A stretch of 64,000 nucleotides of DNA from Verrucomicrobiota bacterium (GCA_049510745.1 JBEKYR010000009.1:64001-128000); one strand, 5' to 3'; numbered from the stretch's first letter, positions 9,461 through 19,067 are shown. Notes: generated by a model not told the origin, from the letters alone. Made by a program: numbers and translations.

Positions 9461-9969
9461 ACCTCTTCTTCCTGCGACACGGCAAGGCCTTCCCGCGCGG
9501 CCCGAAGTGGCGGCCGGACAGCAAGCGGCCGCTGACGCGCGAGGGCGAGGAAAAGATGAAGGAGGCGGCCCGCGGCATGGCGGCGCTGGAGGTGTCCTTC
9601 GACTTGATCCTGGCCAGCCCCTACGCGCGCGCGCTGCGCACGGCGGAGATCGTGGCGGAGGTCTATGGCGCCAAAAAGCTTTTTGAAACCAGCCGCCTGG
9701 TCCCGGAAGCCCGCCCGCAAGATATTATTGACGAAATCAACGGGAATTTCGCCGCCTTCGATCAGATCGTGCTGGTCGGCCACGAGCCGTTCCTGAGCGG
9801 CCTGATCTCGACGCTCCTTTCGGGCGGCGGGGCCGTGTCCATCGACCTGAAAAAAGGCGCCTTGTGCAAGCTGTCGATTGAAAAACTGGTCTTCGGAAAA
9901 TGCGCCCGTCTGGACTGGTTGCTGACCGCGTCCCAGTTGGCCCGCGCGGGCAAATCGGGCGGGGACTGA
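9457..9969 (+). CDS. sixA: phosphohistidine phosphatase
   Basis: LRHGKA, RPLT, SPYARA, LVGHEP; ATGA overlap with phoU. Confidence 0.88.
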   Translation: MNLFFLRHGKAFPRGPKWRPDSKRPLTREGEEKMKEAARGMAALEVSFDLILASPYARALRTAEIVAEVYGAKKLFETSRLVPEARPQDIIDEINGNFAAFDQIVLVGHEPFLSGLISTLLSGGGAVSIDLKKGALCKLSIEKLVFGKCARLDWLLTASQLARAGKSGGD

Positions 9970-9977
9970 AACACCTC

Positions 9978-11078
9978 TCAACGGGTTTTCAAATTCGCCC
10001 GCAAAGCTTCATGCCGGCGCGCCAACGGCATCTTGGACAAATCCCGCGCCGCCCCGTAAAATTTCTCCATGTCTCCCCCCTGGGCGCGCAAGAGGGCCTC
10101 GAAGGCCGGCGCCAGATCGTGGTAAGCCGAGATGGTGTTGAGCTTGGCGTTGTTGATCGGTTCGGCGAACCAGGCGTCGTAACCGGACTGGCTCACGCCC
10201 CAGCGCCCTTTGAGCTTCGCATAATTGGCGCGCAGTTCCCGGATGATTTCCGCCTTGCGTTGGAGCTTCACCGCGTCGGGCGCGCGCGGGTCCGCATAGA
10301 CGGCCTGCAATTCCTGGCGCGCCGCCATGACCAATTCCACAAAGTCGTTCTCGTGCCCGGCGCTTCTGCGATACTCCTCATACGCCTTGGTGTTTTGCGA
10401 CGACTCAAACCAGCGGCGCACCCCCGCCGCGGCCACGGTCATGGCGAAGGCTTCGTTGAAATCGGTGTCCCCGGCGACAAACAGGCGCTGGTGGCCGAGT
10501 TCGTGAAAAATCAGGTCGGCCAGGTCCGCCTCGGAGTCAAAAATGAACGTGTTCAGAAGCGGATCGTGGAACCATCCCAGCGTCGAGTAGGCTTCGACGC
10601 CGCCGACATACACGTCCCAGCCCTTCTGTTCCCATCCGCGGGCGTAGCGGCGGGCGGCCTCCTCGCTGAAGTAGCCGCGATAGCTGGCGGAGCCGGCCAC
10701 CGGGAACCACCAGGTCTTCGGCTCCAGCGACAGGGGCGGCGCGACGTTGACATTCCAAACGACGTAAGGACGGTGGAGATCGGCGTATTTGAGATAGTTC
10801 TCGTCGGCTGGCAGCTTCAGTTCCCGCGCGGCGAACTCGCGGAGTTTCAACACTTGTTCGAGTTGCGCCTTCAGCCCGGGAGCCGTGGCGGGATCGGCGA
10901 TGAGTTGGCGGACGGGCGTTTGCCGCGCCAGGATTTCGTATTGACCGGCAATGGCCTGCTTGTAGAAACTGATCGCCTGGCAGCCCGAAAGCGCCACCAG
11001 CATCAGCAGGCAGACGGCGGCCAGGACCAGCGACCGCGCGCGAACACGCTTGAGCTTTAATGACGAATGACTAAGCAC
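9978..11078 (-). CDS. putative zinc aminopeptidase lipoprotein (start uncertain)
   Basis: lipobox LSGC, AYSTLGWFHDP, FHELGH, FNEAFA. Confidence 0.85.
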   Translation of the reverse strand: MLSHSSLKLKRVRARSLVLAAVCLLMLVALSGCQAISFYKQAIAGQYEILARQTPVRQLIADPATAPGLKAQLEQVLKLREFAARELKLPADENYLKYADLHRPYVVWNVNVAPPLSLEPKTWWFPVAGSASYRGYFSEEAARRYARGWEQKGWDVYVGGVEAYSTLGWFHDPLLNTFIFDSEADLADLIFHELGHQRLFVAGDTDFNEAFAMTVAAAGVRRWFESSQNTKAYEEYRRSAGHENDFVELVMAARQELQAVYADPRAPDAVKLQRKAEIIRELRANYAKLKGRWGVSQSGYDAWFAEPINNAKLNTISAYHDLAPAFEALLRAQGGDMEKFYGAARDLSKMPLARRHEALRANLKTR

Positions 11079-11116
11079 GAATGACGAAAGAATGTCTAAA
11101 TGACGAATGACGAAAT
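11059..11116. repeat. AATGACG heptamer array, left arm
   Basis: aatgacg aatgact aagcacg aatgacg aaag aatgtct a aatgacg aatgacg aaat. Confidence 0.95.
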
Positions 11117-11151
11117 TTCTGAGTTCGGATGGTTGTGTTCGTTGGACGTCT

Positions 11152-11547
11152 TCATGGCTTTCGGAGGATGGCGGCGAAGATCAGGTGCAGTTCCTTCGCT
11201 TCGCGCCATAATGTCTTGGCTTCCTCTCTGGTGTTTGGATTGGCGGCGACGGCCATTCTCAGCCAGTATTTTGTTTCGCGCGCTTCCTTTTTGCACGTGC
11301 CGATTTTGAGGCGGAATTCCTTCCTGGAAACGGCGTCGTCGGCTTCGCAGTAATTGGCTCCAACGCTCGTCCCAGAACGCACGATTTGTGAAACGATCGG
11401 ACTTGTCACGGCGTTTGCCGGCAGTTTTTTTGCAAACGCGATGATGGCCTCGCCAAAACACGCCGTCCGTTCTTCGAGGTCATACTTCGGTTTCGCCGGC
11501 GTCGTAACGCCGTTTAGGATTTCGTCATTCGTCATTCTTTTCGTCAT
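11152..11547 (-). CDS. four helix bundle protein (23S rRNA IVP-like family)
   Basis: YDLEERT, QIVRSGTSVGANYCEA, SRKEF, KEARETKYWL. Confidence 0.93.
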   Translation of the reverse strand: MTKRMTNDEILNGVTTPAKPKYDLEERTACFGEAIIAFAKKLPANAVTSPIVSQIVRSGTSVGANYCEADDAVSRKEFRLKIGTCKKEARETKYWLRMAVAANPNTREEAKTLWREAKELHLIFAAILRKP

Positions 11548-11569
11548 TAGGATTTAGACATTAGACATT
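11519..11569. repeat. CGTCATT heptamer array, right arm (inverted relative to 11059-11116)
   Basis: 11519-11536 is the exact reverse complement of 11099-11116 (18 bp). Confidence 0.95.
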
Positions 11570-11608
11570 CTCCCTCCTAATAGTCTTGCGCACTCGGCCC
11601 CGCCCCCG

Positions 11609-13417
11609 TCATCCTCTCCGCATCTCCCTGGCCCAGGTGTCCCGCAGTGTGATGGTGCGATTGAAAACCGGCTTTTGCGGCGCGGCGTCGGGATCAAGCG
11701 CGAAGTAGGCCAGGCGCTCGAACTGATAGCGCTGCTCCGGCTTCGCGTCCCGCAAGGACGGCTCGCACTTGGCGGTGAGAATCTCCAGGGAATTCCCGTT
11801 CAGATGCCGCTTGAAGTCCCCGGCCGCATCCGGCTCGGCCACGTTGAACAGGCGGTCATACAATCTGATCTCGGCGTCGATGGCGTGCGCGGCGCTGACC
11901 CAGTGAATGGTCCCCTTGATCTTGCGCCCCGCCGTCGCGCCGCCCGTTTTGCTCTCCAGGTCCGCCGTGCAGCGCAATTCGATGACGTTGCCGGCGGCGT
12001 CCTTGACCACTTCATCGCACTTGATGATGTAGGCGTATTTGAGCCGCACCTCGCCGCCGGGGCGGAGGCGGAAATACTTCGGCGGCGGAGTCTCCATGAA
12101 ATCGTCCCGCTCGATGTAGAGCGCGCGCCCGAAGGGAATGCGGCGGGCGCCCGCCGCCGGGTCTTCGGGATTGTTGAGAGCTTCGAGTTCCTCGGTTTTG
12201 TCTTCGGGATAGTTGGTGAGCACGACTTTGACCGGGCGCAGCACCGCCAGGCGCCGCCAGGCCCGCTTGTTCAAATCGTCGCGCACCGCGTGGTCCAGCA
12301 CCGCCATGTCGGTCACGCCGTTGTATTTGGTGATGCCGATGTGGTAGGCGAACTGGCGCAGGGCCTCGGGGGTGACGCCGCGCCGGCGCAGGCCGCAAAT
12401 CGTCGGCATGCGCGGGTCGTCCCAGCCGCTCACCACCTTGTCGTTGACCAGTTGGAGCAGCTTGCGCTTGCTCATGACGGTGTAGCCCAGGCTGAGGCGG
12501 GCAAATTCGTATTGATGGGGCAGCGGACGCGGCAAGCCGAGGTTCTCCAAAATCCAATCGTAGAGCGGCCGATGGACCTCGAATTCGAGCGTGCAGATGC
12601 TGTGGGTGATGCCCTCCAAGTAATCGCTCAGGCAATGCGCGAAATCGTACATCGGATAAATGCGCCATTTGCCGCCGGTGTGATGGTGCTCGGCGTGGCG
12701 GATGCGATAGAGCACCGGATCGCGCATCCAGACGTTGGGCGAGCTCATGTCGATCTTCGCCCGCAAGGTGCGCGCGCCGTCGGGAAATTCGCCCGCCTTC
12801 ATCCGTTGGAAAAGATCGAGCGATTCCCCGGCGCTGCGATTGCGCCACGGACTCTCCTTCCCGGCGCGGTCCGGCGCGCCCCGAAACGAGTCGGTGTCTT
12901 CCGGGGAAAGATCGCAGACATAGGCCTTGCCTTGTTTAATCAAGGCGAGGGCGTATTGGTAGATTTCATCGAAATAGTCCGAGGCGTAAAACGGCTCCAA
13001 CTTCGCGCCGCCGCTTTGGCCCACCACCGGCGGCAGGTAAAAATCCTTCCGGCCGTTGCAATCGATCGCTTTTGGAGTGGCGCCCGCCGGCTTCATCCCC
13101 AGGCAATCCTCCGCCCAGCCGCCGATGAGCCAGTTGACATCCGCAATGATGGAATCGACGTACTCGACGTCCTCCTTGGTCGGATTGGTGTCGTCCATGC
13201 GCAGGTTGCAGACGCCGCCGAATTCGCGGGCAATGCCGAAGTTCAGGCAAATCGACTTGGCATGGCCGATGTGCAAATAGCCGTTTGGCTCCGGCGGAAA
13301 GCGCGTCTGGATTCTCGGATAGCGGCCTTCCGCAACGTGCGCCGCCACGATGTCGCGGATGAAATCGGACGGCGCGGGAGCGGCCGCGGGATTGGGGTCT
13401 GCGGTTGGAGTCGTCAT
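11609..13417 (-). CDS. glnS: glutamine--tRNA ligase
   Basis: [40 protein letters not shown]. Confidence 0.97.
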   Translation of the reverse strand: MTTPTADPNPAAAPAPSDFIRDIVAAHVAEGRYPRIQTRFPPEPNGYLHIGHAKSICLNFGIAREFGGVCNLRMDDTNPTKEDVEYVDSIIADVNWLIGGWAEDCLGMKPAGATPKAIDCNGRKDFYLPPVVGQSGGAKLEPFYASDYFDEIYQYALALIKQGKAYVCDLSPEDTDSFRGAPDRAGKESPWRNRSAGESLDLFQRMKAGEFPDGARTLRAKIDMSSPNVWMRDPVLYRIRHAEHHHTGGKWRIYPMYDFAHCLSDYLEGITHSICTLEFEVHRPLYDWILENLGLPRPLPHQYEFARLSLGYTVMSKRKLLQLVNDKVVSGWDDPRMPTICGLRRRGVTPEALRQFAYHIGITKYNGVTDMAVLDHAVRDDLNKRAWRRLAVLRPVKVVLTNYPEDKTEELEALNNPEDPAAGARRIPFGRALYIERDDFMETPPPKYFRLRPGGEVRLKYAYIIKCDEVVKDAAGNVIELRCTADLESKTGGATAGRKIKGTIHWVSAAHAIDAEIRLYDRLFNVAEPDAAGDFKRHLNGNSLEILTAKCEPSLRDAKPEQRYQFERLAYFALDPDAAPQKPVFNRTITLRDTWAREMRRG

Positions 13418-13592
13418 TGAACAATGCTCATCGTCCAAACGAGAGTACCCGCCCGCCAGGCCCGTGGCAAGCCCAAGGCTCAAGCCGCGGTGTGGCGGCG
13501 CGCATCTCAGTTTTTGGCAGGGATCGGACAGGGTCGCAGGAGGTCCAAAAACCGAGATACGCCCGTCGGCCCGCCCGGATTCCAGATTTTTC

Positions 13593-13621
13593 TCGACAGA
13601 GGGGAAATTTGAAGTTAGACT
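13593..13621 (+). promoter_or_regulatory. sigma70-like promoter, copy 2 of hairpin unit
   Basis: TCGACA (13593-13598), 17 nt, TAGACT (13616-13621). Confidence 0.55.
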
Positions 13622-13653
13622 CCCCGCATTGCGGCTTTCAATGCGGGGAGTCT
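13617..13653. repeat. perfect 15-bp inverted repeat with 7-nt loop, copy 2
   Basis: AGACTCCCCGCATTG-CGGCTTT-CAATGCGGGGAGTCT. Confidence 0.95.
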
Positions 13654-13741
13654 CAACTCTGAATTCGCCAAAATCCATGACGATGCCCTCGCTTTGTTCA
13701 TCAAATGGTGCCTGTCGCCGCAGCCTGATTTCTGCCGGTGA
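13628..13741 (+). other. putative small peptide frame, frameshifted sORF or sRNA homologous to 1714-1791
   Basis: frame open from ATT at 13628 to TGA at 13741; hairpin ATG (13641) is out of frame; 52/78 nt identity to copy 1. Confidence 0.4.
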
Positions 13742-13895
13742 GATGCCGGCGGAAGGGACGGATCCCGCCTGCGCGCTGCGGCGGCGTCCCGGCTTGGGGA
13801 TTGTCCAAAAACTGAGATGCGCCCGGTGTGGCGGAAGCCGCGGAAGAGAGTTGATGGGCCACTGTGCTCAAGCGCGGAAAACGCCGGGGGGCGTC

Positions 13896-16481
13896 TCACG
13901 GGCCGGACGTTTTGTAAAACCGAAAGCGATAGCCGCCGGCATCTGCGTCCAGGTATTGAAAGGACCCGTTGGCGTCGGAGGCCGGGGTCGCAATCGGCGC
14001 CCAGTTCACCAGGTTGGTCGAGGCCAATAGTTGGTAGGTTTGATTGGGCAGGCCGCCGGTGAAACTCAACGACATTCCCGTCGGGCCGAAGGCGACCGCC
14101 CCGATGGTTTCGGGCGGCGCCGAGAACAGCTTGAAAACGGCCCCGCAATTCATGTTGCCGCCGAAATTCGCCGCCCCAAAAAACGAGCCGTCGGGCGCCA
14201 AGGCAAGGCCGCCGGCGGGATTCCGGCAGTCCTGGCTGGAGAAGACATGCAAGACTGTGAAAGCGCCGCCGTTGAGGTCCAATCTGAAAAGAATTCCATC
14301 CCCGTTCAGCCCCCCGGACGAACACGTTCCGTACAATGAACCGTTGCCGCCTTGAACCAGTTGCGCCTGCGGACTGCTGCCGTCGAAACCGTTGGTGAAA
14401 TTGTACAATACCTTGTAGCCGGCTCCGTTGGTGCCGATGCCAAACACGGTCCCGCTGTAATTTGAGCCACCGCCGGTGTCCGTGCCGTAAAGCATGCCAT
14501 CCTGGCCCTGCAACAGTCCGGCTTGGGGGTAGGCGCCGTCATTGGTGGAGCCGTCGAAGTCATACACGACTTGATAGCCGGCGCCGTTGGTCGCCAGGCT
14601 GAAAATGGTCCCGTCGCCATTGGTCCCGCCGTATTGGGTCGTGCCATAGAGGGTGCCATAGCGGTCTTGCAGCAGCGGCGCGGCGGGTTCAGCGCCGTCC
14701 GGAGAACCGGCAAAGTTGTATAACAATGTATAACCGCCGCCGCTGGTGTTAAGCTTGAACACCGTGCCGCTGTAGTTGCTCCCTCCCTGGTCGGTGGTCC
14801 CGTAGAGAGCGCCATCCGCCCCCTGGATCAAGTTGGCCAGCGGCGCGGCGCCGTCGCCGGGTCCGTTCGTGAACTCATATAAGACAGTGTAGCTGCTGCC
14901 ATCGGCGCCGAGTTTGAAAACGACGCCATTCCCGGTGGTCCCTCCAGAGGCGGTGGTGCCGTAGAGAAACCCATCGGCTCCTTTGAGCAAGGCCGCTTGG
15001 GGTTGGTAACCGTCGCCATTCCCGTTGGTGAAACTGTGCAGGAATTGATAGCCGGAACCGTCCAGGTTCATGGCAAAGGCCATTCCGGCTCCAGCCGCCC
15101 CGCCGCTCGAAGTCGTGCCATAAACAACCTTCCCATATATGCTCACCGGCCCTTCCGGATCGGTGCCATCACCGCCCGCCGGAGTGACGAAATTGTGCAG
15201 GACACTGAAGGAACTGCCATCGTCGGCCACCTGGAAAGCCGTGCCAAATCCCGCGCTCCCGCCGCTGGCGGCCACCCCGTAGAAAACATCGCCGGGACCC
15301 GGGATGATGGCCGCGTCAGGCACGCTGCCGTCGCCGCCGTCAAAATTGTGGAGCACGGTGACGCTGCCGCCCGTCGTGGGAAGCTTGAAGAGCGTGCCGA
15401 AACCGCCGGACCCGCCCCCGGAAGCAGCCCCATAGAGATAGCCGTCGGGGCCGAAATGAAGGCCGCCCACCGGCGCGTCACCCGTGCTGGCGGAGGTCGG
15501 GAACGCATAAAGGACCTGGTAACCGCCTCCATTGGTGTTGATCTTATAGATCGTGCCGTTGCCGATGTAGCTGAAAATGCCGGAGCTGGGGTTGCCGCCG
15601 TGCTTGCACGTGCCGTAAAGGTATCCGTCGCTGCCTTGGACCAGGCGCCCTTGCGCCCATCCTCCATCTCCATAATTGCCCAAAAAGCCGTACAAGTTCT
15701 CAAAAAACGAGCCGTCCCGAGCCAGCTTGAAAATACTTCCGTTGCTATAGTAGCCGCCTTCCGTAATCGTCGTTCCATACAGGTAACCGTCAGCCCCTTC
15801 CACCATCCCGCACTCCGGTTCCGCGCCGCTTGCCACCCCGAAATTGTACAAAACGTCGAATCCGCTCCCGTCCTTGTTCACTTTGAAAACCGTCCCGCCC
15901 CAGACATTTGTTTTCCCGCCATAAGAGGTCGTGCCGTAAAGAACTCCGTCCTCCCGGCCTTCCAGCAATCCGCCTTCCGGTCCCGTGCCGTCGTCGAAGG
16001 CGAAGCTATGCACCAGGTGAAAACCCGTCCCGTCGGCGCTCATCCCATATATGACGCCGGAGCCGTTCGTGCCGCCGCTTCCGGTCGTCCCGTAAAGCAG
16101 GCCGTCGCTGGCTTGCAGCAACTCCGCCGCCGGACCGCTGCCGTCGTTTGTTCCGCCGGCAAACGAGTGCAGGACCTGGTAGCCGGTGCCATTCGTATTG
16201 ATTCTAAAAACCACCCCTTGCGCGTTGCTTCCGCCGGACGCCGTCACGCCGTAGAGCGCGCCGTCGCTGCCCAGAATCATCTGCGCCTGCGGACTCGCCC
16301 CGGTGGACAGCGCGGGAAATCCAAACGATTTGACGATTTGAAAGTTGGTCTGCGCCTGCCCGGCCCCCCAAAAGCCAGTCCAGCAGATGATCCAGGCCAC
16401 TCTCCGCAGGAACGGGAAGCGGCTGTAAAAGTTCCCTGCGGTTTGTGCGGTTTGTGCGGTTTGTTTCCTTAAAGCACTCAT
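13896..16481 (-). CDS. secreted Gloeo/Verruco (GloVer-type) tandem-repeat protein
   Basis: about 14 repeats of P...L....DG.LYGTT..GG..G.G.VF; signal peptide; C-terminal ASTNLVNW...RFY domain. Confidence 0.9.
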   Translation of the reverse strand: MSALRKQTAQTAQTAGNFYSRFPFLRRVAWIICWTGFWGAGQAQTNFQIVKSFGFPALSTGASPQAQMILGSDGALYGVTASGGSNAQGVVFRINTNGTGYQVLHSFAGGTNDGSGPAAELLQASDGLLYGTTGSGGTNGSGVIYGMSADGTGFHLVHSFAFDDGTGPEGGLLEGREDGVLYGTTSYGGKTNVWGGTVFKVNKDGSGFDVLYNFGVASGAEPECGMVEGADGYLYGTTITEGGYYSNGSIFKLARDGSFFENLYGFLGNYGDGGWAQGRLVQGSDGYLYGTCKHGGNPSSGIFSYIGNGTIYKINTNGGGYQVLYAFPTSASTGDAPVGGLHFGPDGYLYGAASGGGSGGFGTLFKLPTTGGSVTVLHNFDGGDGSVPDAAIIPGPGDVFYGVAASGGSAGFGTAFQVADDGSSFSVLHNFVTPAGGDGTDPEGPVSIYGKVVYGTTSSGGAAGAGMAFAMNLDGSGYQFLHSFTNGNGDGYQPQAALLKGADGFLYGTTASGGTTGNGVVFKLGADGSSYTVLYEFTNGPGDGAAPLANLIQGADGALYGTTDQGGSNYSGTVFKLNTSGGGYTLLYNFAGSPDGAEPAAPLLQDRYGTLYGTTQYGGTNGDGTIFSLATNGAGYQVVYDFDGSTNDGAYPQAGLLQGQDGMLYGTDTGGGSNYSGTVFGIGTNGAGYKVLYNFTNGFDGSSPQAQLVQGGNGSLYGTCSSGGLNGDGILFRLDLNGGAFTVLHVFSSQDCRNPAGGLALAPDGSFFGAANFGGNMNCGAVFKLFSAPPETIGAVAFGPTGMSLSFTGGLPNQTYQLLASTNLVNWAPIATPASDANGSFQYLDADAGGYRFRFYKTSGP

Positions 16482-16692
16482 ACAGTAACAGAGTTCACTG
16501 ACGGTCGAAATGATGGGACGAACATGGGCGCCGGTCAAGCCAAATTAACGGGAAAACCTCAACAACGGATCAAGTGGTCGTTTGGCCTCGTTTCCGGGGG
16601 GTTTTGCAATTACCTCACGTGGGACAAAGTTTCGTCAGCTGCTTTATGTGGGAATAACACCTCTGAAGCGGCAGCCGCTTTTGAGCGAACCC

Positions 16693-17853
16693 TTAGTGCG
16701 GCCCATACTTGCCGAGCAGCCACCGATCGGCAGCCGCTTCGCCGAAGCTCTTGCAACGGTCGCTGTAACTGATCCAATCCTGATCCGTCATCGTTTGCTG
16801 CAAGAGGTCAACCTGGGGAACGCCTTCTTTGAGGGCCGCTTTTTGTTGAGCCAGTTGGTTGATTTGATCCTGGACGGTTTGTCCGCTGCCATAAGGGCTG
16901 TTTGGATTCATGGCGCCGAGAGCATCGAGTTCGACGTTTAGGCCCGCGAGCTGGGTGATCAAAGGCTCGTCGGCGGTTGATCCTGTCGCGTAATTCTGCC
17001 CCAAGTTCGCGGCGATCTGCAAGGCCGCCTGCGCCGAGGCTTCGTCGCCCGCCTGGCGATAGGAATTGGCCAGGTCAATCATGTCATGGCCCAATTCTCT
17101 CAGGCTCCCGGGCGCCGGCTGTAGCGTGGTGTTGTACATGGCCAGCGCTTCGGCCTCGGCCACCGGGCAGGCCGCCGAGAGGACTTCTTCCAATGCCTGG
17201 ATGCGATCCGTCCTGTAATCCTGGAACTGCGGTTTGTCGGACGCGGCGACGATCTCCCGCACGGCTTGATCGGTCTGCCCTGCTTTGAAGTAATCCAGCG
17301 CCGAGAGGTAATTCGCCAGCGCGTTTTCCGGGGCTGACTCTTTGAAGGCGTCCAGCCACTGGCGCCGCTCCTCGGGTGAAGCGTCCTTTTTGGAAGCGGC
17401 GTCGAGATCCACTTGCGGGTCGTGAGGATACTTCTGCATCGCTTCCTCCCGCAGCGCCGGATCCCCGGTGGCGCTGCATGCGGCCAGGAGGCTGGTGGCG
17501 CTTCGCCGATTCGCTTTGAGGTAGGATTCGACCTGCTCGGGAGTCAACTTCAAATCTTTGCCTTTGAGCCGGGCATACAGATTGGTGGATGGCAGACCTT
17601 CCGTGGACGATGCATTCGGTTGATCGGTGAGGCGCATTGGCGGCGCGGGCAGACGCGGAGCGCGCGTGCTCTTCGCCCGGGCCGCACGATTTGAAAGACT
17701 CTCGTTGTCGGCTTGGAGTTGCGCGATTTGCCGCCGGAGAGACTGGTTTTCCTCGCGCAGCTTGGTTTGTGTTTGATGTTCAATCACCAGAGTTGCCGCC
17801 GCGCCGGCAACGACCAGGGTGGCGAGGCCGAGTTTGAGGTGGGTTCCGGCCAT
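16693..17853 (-). CDS. membrane-anchored coiled-coil protein resembling C-terminal extension of verrucomicrobial ECF sigma factors
   Basis: KLGLATLVVAGAAATLVIEHQ followed by LREENQSLRRQIAQLQADNESLSN; no sigma domain. Confidence 0.6.
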   Translation of the reverse strand: MAGTHLKLGLATLVVAGAAATLVIEHQTQTKLREENQSLRRQIAQLQADNESLSNRAARAKSTRAPRLPAPPMRLTDQPNASSTEGLPSTNLYARLKGKDLKLTPEQVESYLKANRRSATSLLAACSATGDPALREEAMQKYPHDPQVDLDAASKKDASPEERRQWLDAFKESAPENALANYLSALDYFKAGQTDQAVREIVAASDKPQFQDYRTDRIQALEEVLSAACPVAEAEALAMYNTTLQPAPGSLRELGHDMIDLANSYRQAGDEASAQAALQIAANLGQNYATGSTADEPLITQLAGLNVELDALGAMNPNSPYGSGQTVQDQINQLAQQKAALKEGVPQVDLLQQTMTDQDWISYSDRCKSFGEAAADRWLLGKYGPH

Positions 17854-17858
17854 CCCTT

Positions 17859-18947
17859 TTACAACTGCTTCATCGCCGCATCCAGCGCGGCGTAAAGCTG
17901 GTTCATCGTCGCCTCGGTTTCGTCGCCCATGTTGGAGATGCGGAAGGTCGTGCCCTTGATCTTGCCATAACCGCCGTCAATCAAAAATCCCTGCTCCTTG
18001 ACCAGCTTCTGCAACTTCGGCACGTCGGCCACGCGGCCGCCCGGCTTGGCGCCATTGTTGATGCAGGTCAGCGTGACGGATTCGAAGCCGCTCTCGGGGA
18101 AGAGCGTGAACCCGTGTCTGGCCGCCCAGCCGCGGGTCATCTCCGCCAGCTTCTTGTGCCGGGCAAAGCGGGCCTCCAGGCCCTCGGCAAAGATGTCCTC
18201 CAGCTTCGAGGCCAGGGCATAGACGTGGCCGATGCTCGGCGTGCTCGGCGTCATGCTCTGCTCGGCGTTCTTCTGGAATTCAACCAGGTCAAAATAATAA
18301 CCGCGGTCCGAGGTCGCGCCCGCTTTGGCCAGCGCCGCCGGCGAACAGACAAAGACCGCCAGGCCCGGCGGCAGCGCGAAGGCCTTCTGCGTCCCGGCCA
18401 GCAACACGTCCACCCCCAACGCGTCGAATTCCAGCTTCACCGCCGACATCGAGCTGACCGCATCGACAATGAACATCACGTCGGGAAATTTCTTCTTGAG
18501 CGCGGCAATTTCGTAAATGGGGCTCATCACGCCCGTCGAGGTCTCATTATGGATGACAGTCAGGGCGTCGAATTGGCCGCTGGCCAGCCTGGCCTCGACC
18601 TGTTCGGGCCGGATGGGCGACCCCCACGGCACCTGCAAGGCTTCCGCCTCCTTGCCGCAGCGTTTGGAGACGTCGAACCATTTGTCCGAGAAGGCGCCGC
18701 ACATGCAATTGAGCACCCGTTTGCGGACCAGATTGCGCACCGCCCCCTCCATCACGCCCCAGGCGGAGGAGGTGCTCAGATAGACCAACTGTTTGGTGTA
18801 AAGCAATTGCTGCAACTGCGGTTGGATTTTGGCGTAGAGGTCCTTGAACCCCTGGCCGCGATGGCCGATCATCGGCGAGCCAAACGCCTGGAACGTTTTG
18901 GCGCTGACTTCCACCGGCCCCGGAATGTGCAATTTGACATGCTTCAT
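17859..18947 (-). CDS. class V aminotransferase (alanine-glyoxylate/serine-pyruvate family)
   Basis: IPGPV, HNETSTG, VDAVSS, GTQKAFALPPG. Confidence 0.93.
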   Translation of the reverse strand: MKHVKLHIPGPVEVSAKTFQAFGSPMIGHRGQGFKDLYAKIQPQLQQLLYTKQLVYLSTSSAWGVMEGAVRNLVRKRVLNCMCGAFSDKWFDVSKRCGKEAEALQVPWGSPIRPEQVEARLASGQFDALTVIHNETSTGVMSPIYEIAALKKKFPDVMFIVDAVSSMSAVKLEFDALGVDVLLAGTQKAFALPPGLAVFVCSPAALAKAGATSDRGYYFDLVEFQKNAEQSMTPSTPSIGHVYALASKLEDIFAEGLEARFARHKKLAEMTRGWAARHGFTLFPESGFESVTLTCINNGAKPGGRVADVPKLQKLVKEQGFLIDGGYGKIKGTTFRISNMGDETEATMNQLYAALDAAMKQL

Positions 18948-19067
18948 AAAAAAGTGTGCGGACGTCGCTCAACCTGCTTTATGAAACTTTTCACAAGCGG
19001 GGCTGGCTGGCAAGAGAAGTTTTCCGCAATCAGGCTCTGTCACAGATATCCGAATATCCTCGAGTCA

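Noticed and set aside
11152..11547. Diversity-generating retroelement based on the Avd-like fold
   Set aside because: No reverse transcriptase and no template/variable repeat pair with adenine-specific mismatches in the window.
13614..13657. Integron attC site (GTTAGAC ... CAAC)
   Set aside because: Order is GTT...AAC, opposite to attC; copy 1 lacks these ends; no integrase.
13418..13678. N-terminal extension of GlnRS in the ORF track
   Set aside because: It is antisense read-through of the hairpin unit; GlnRS similarity begins near 13417.
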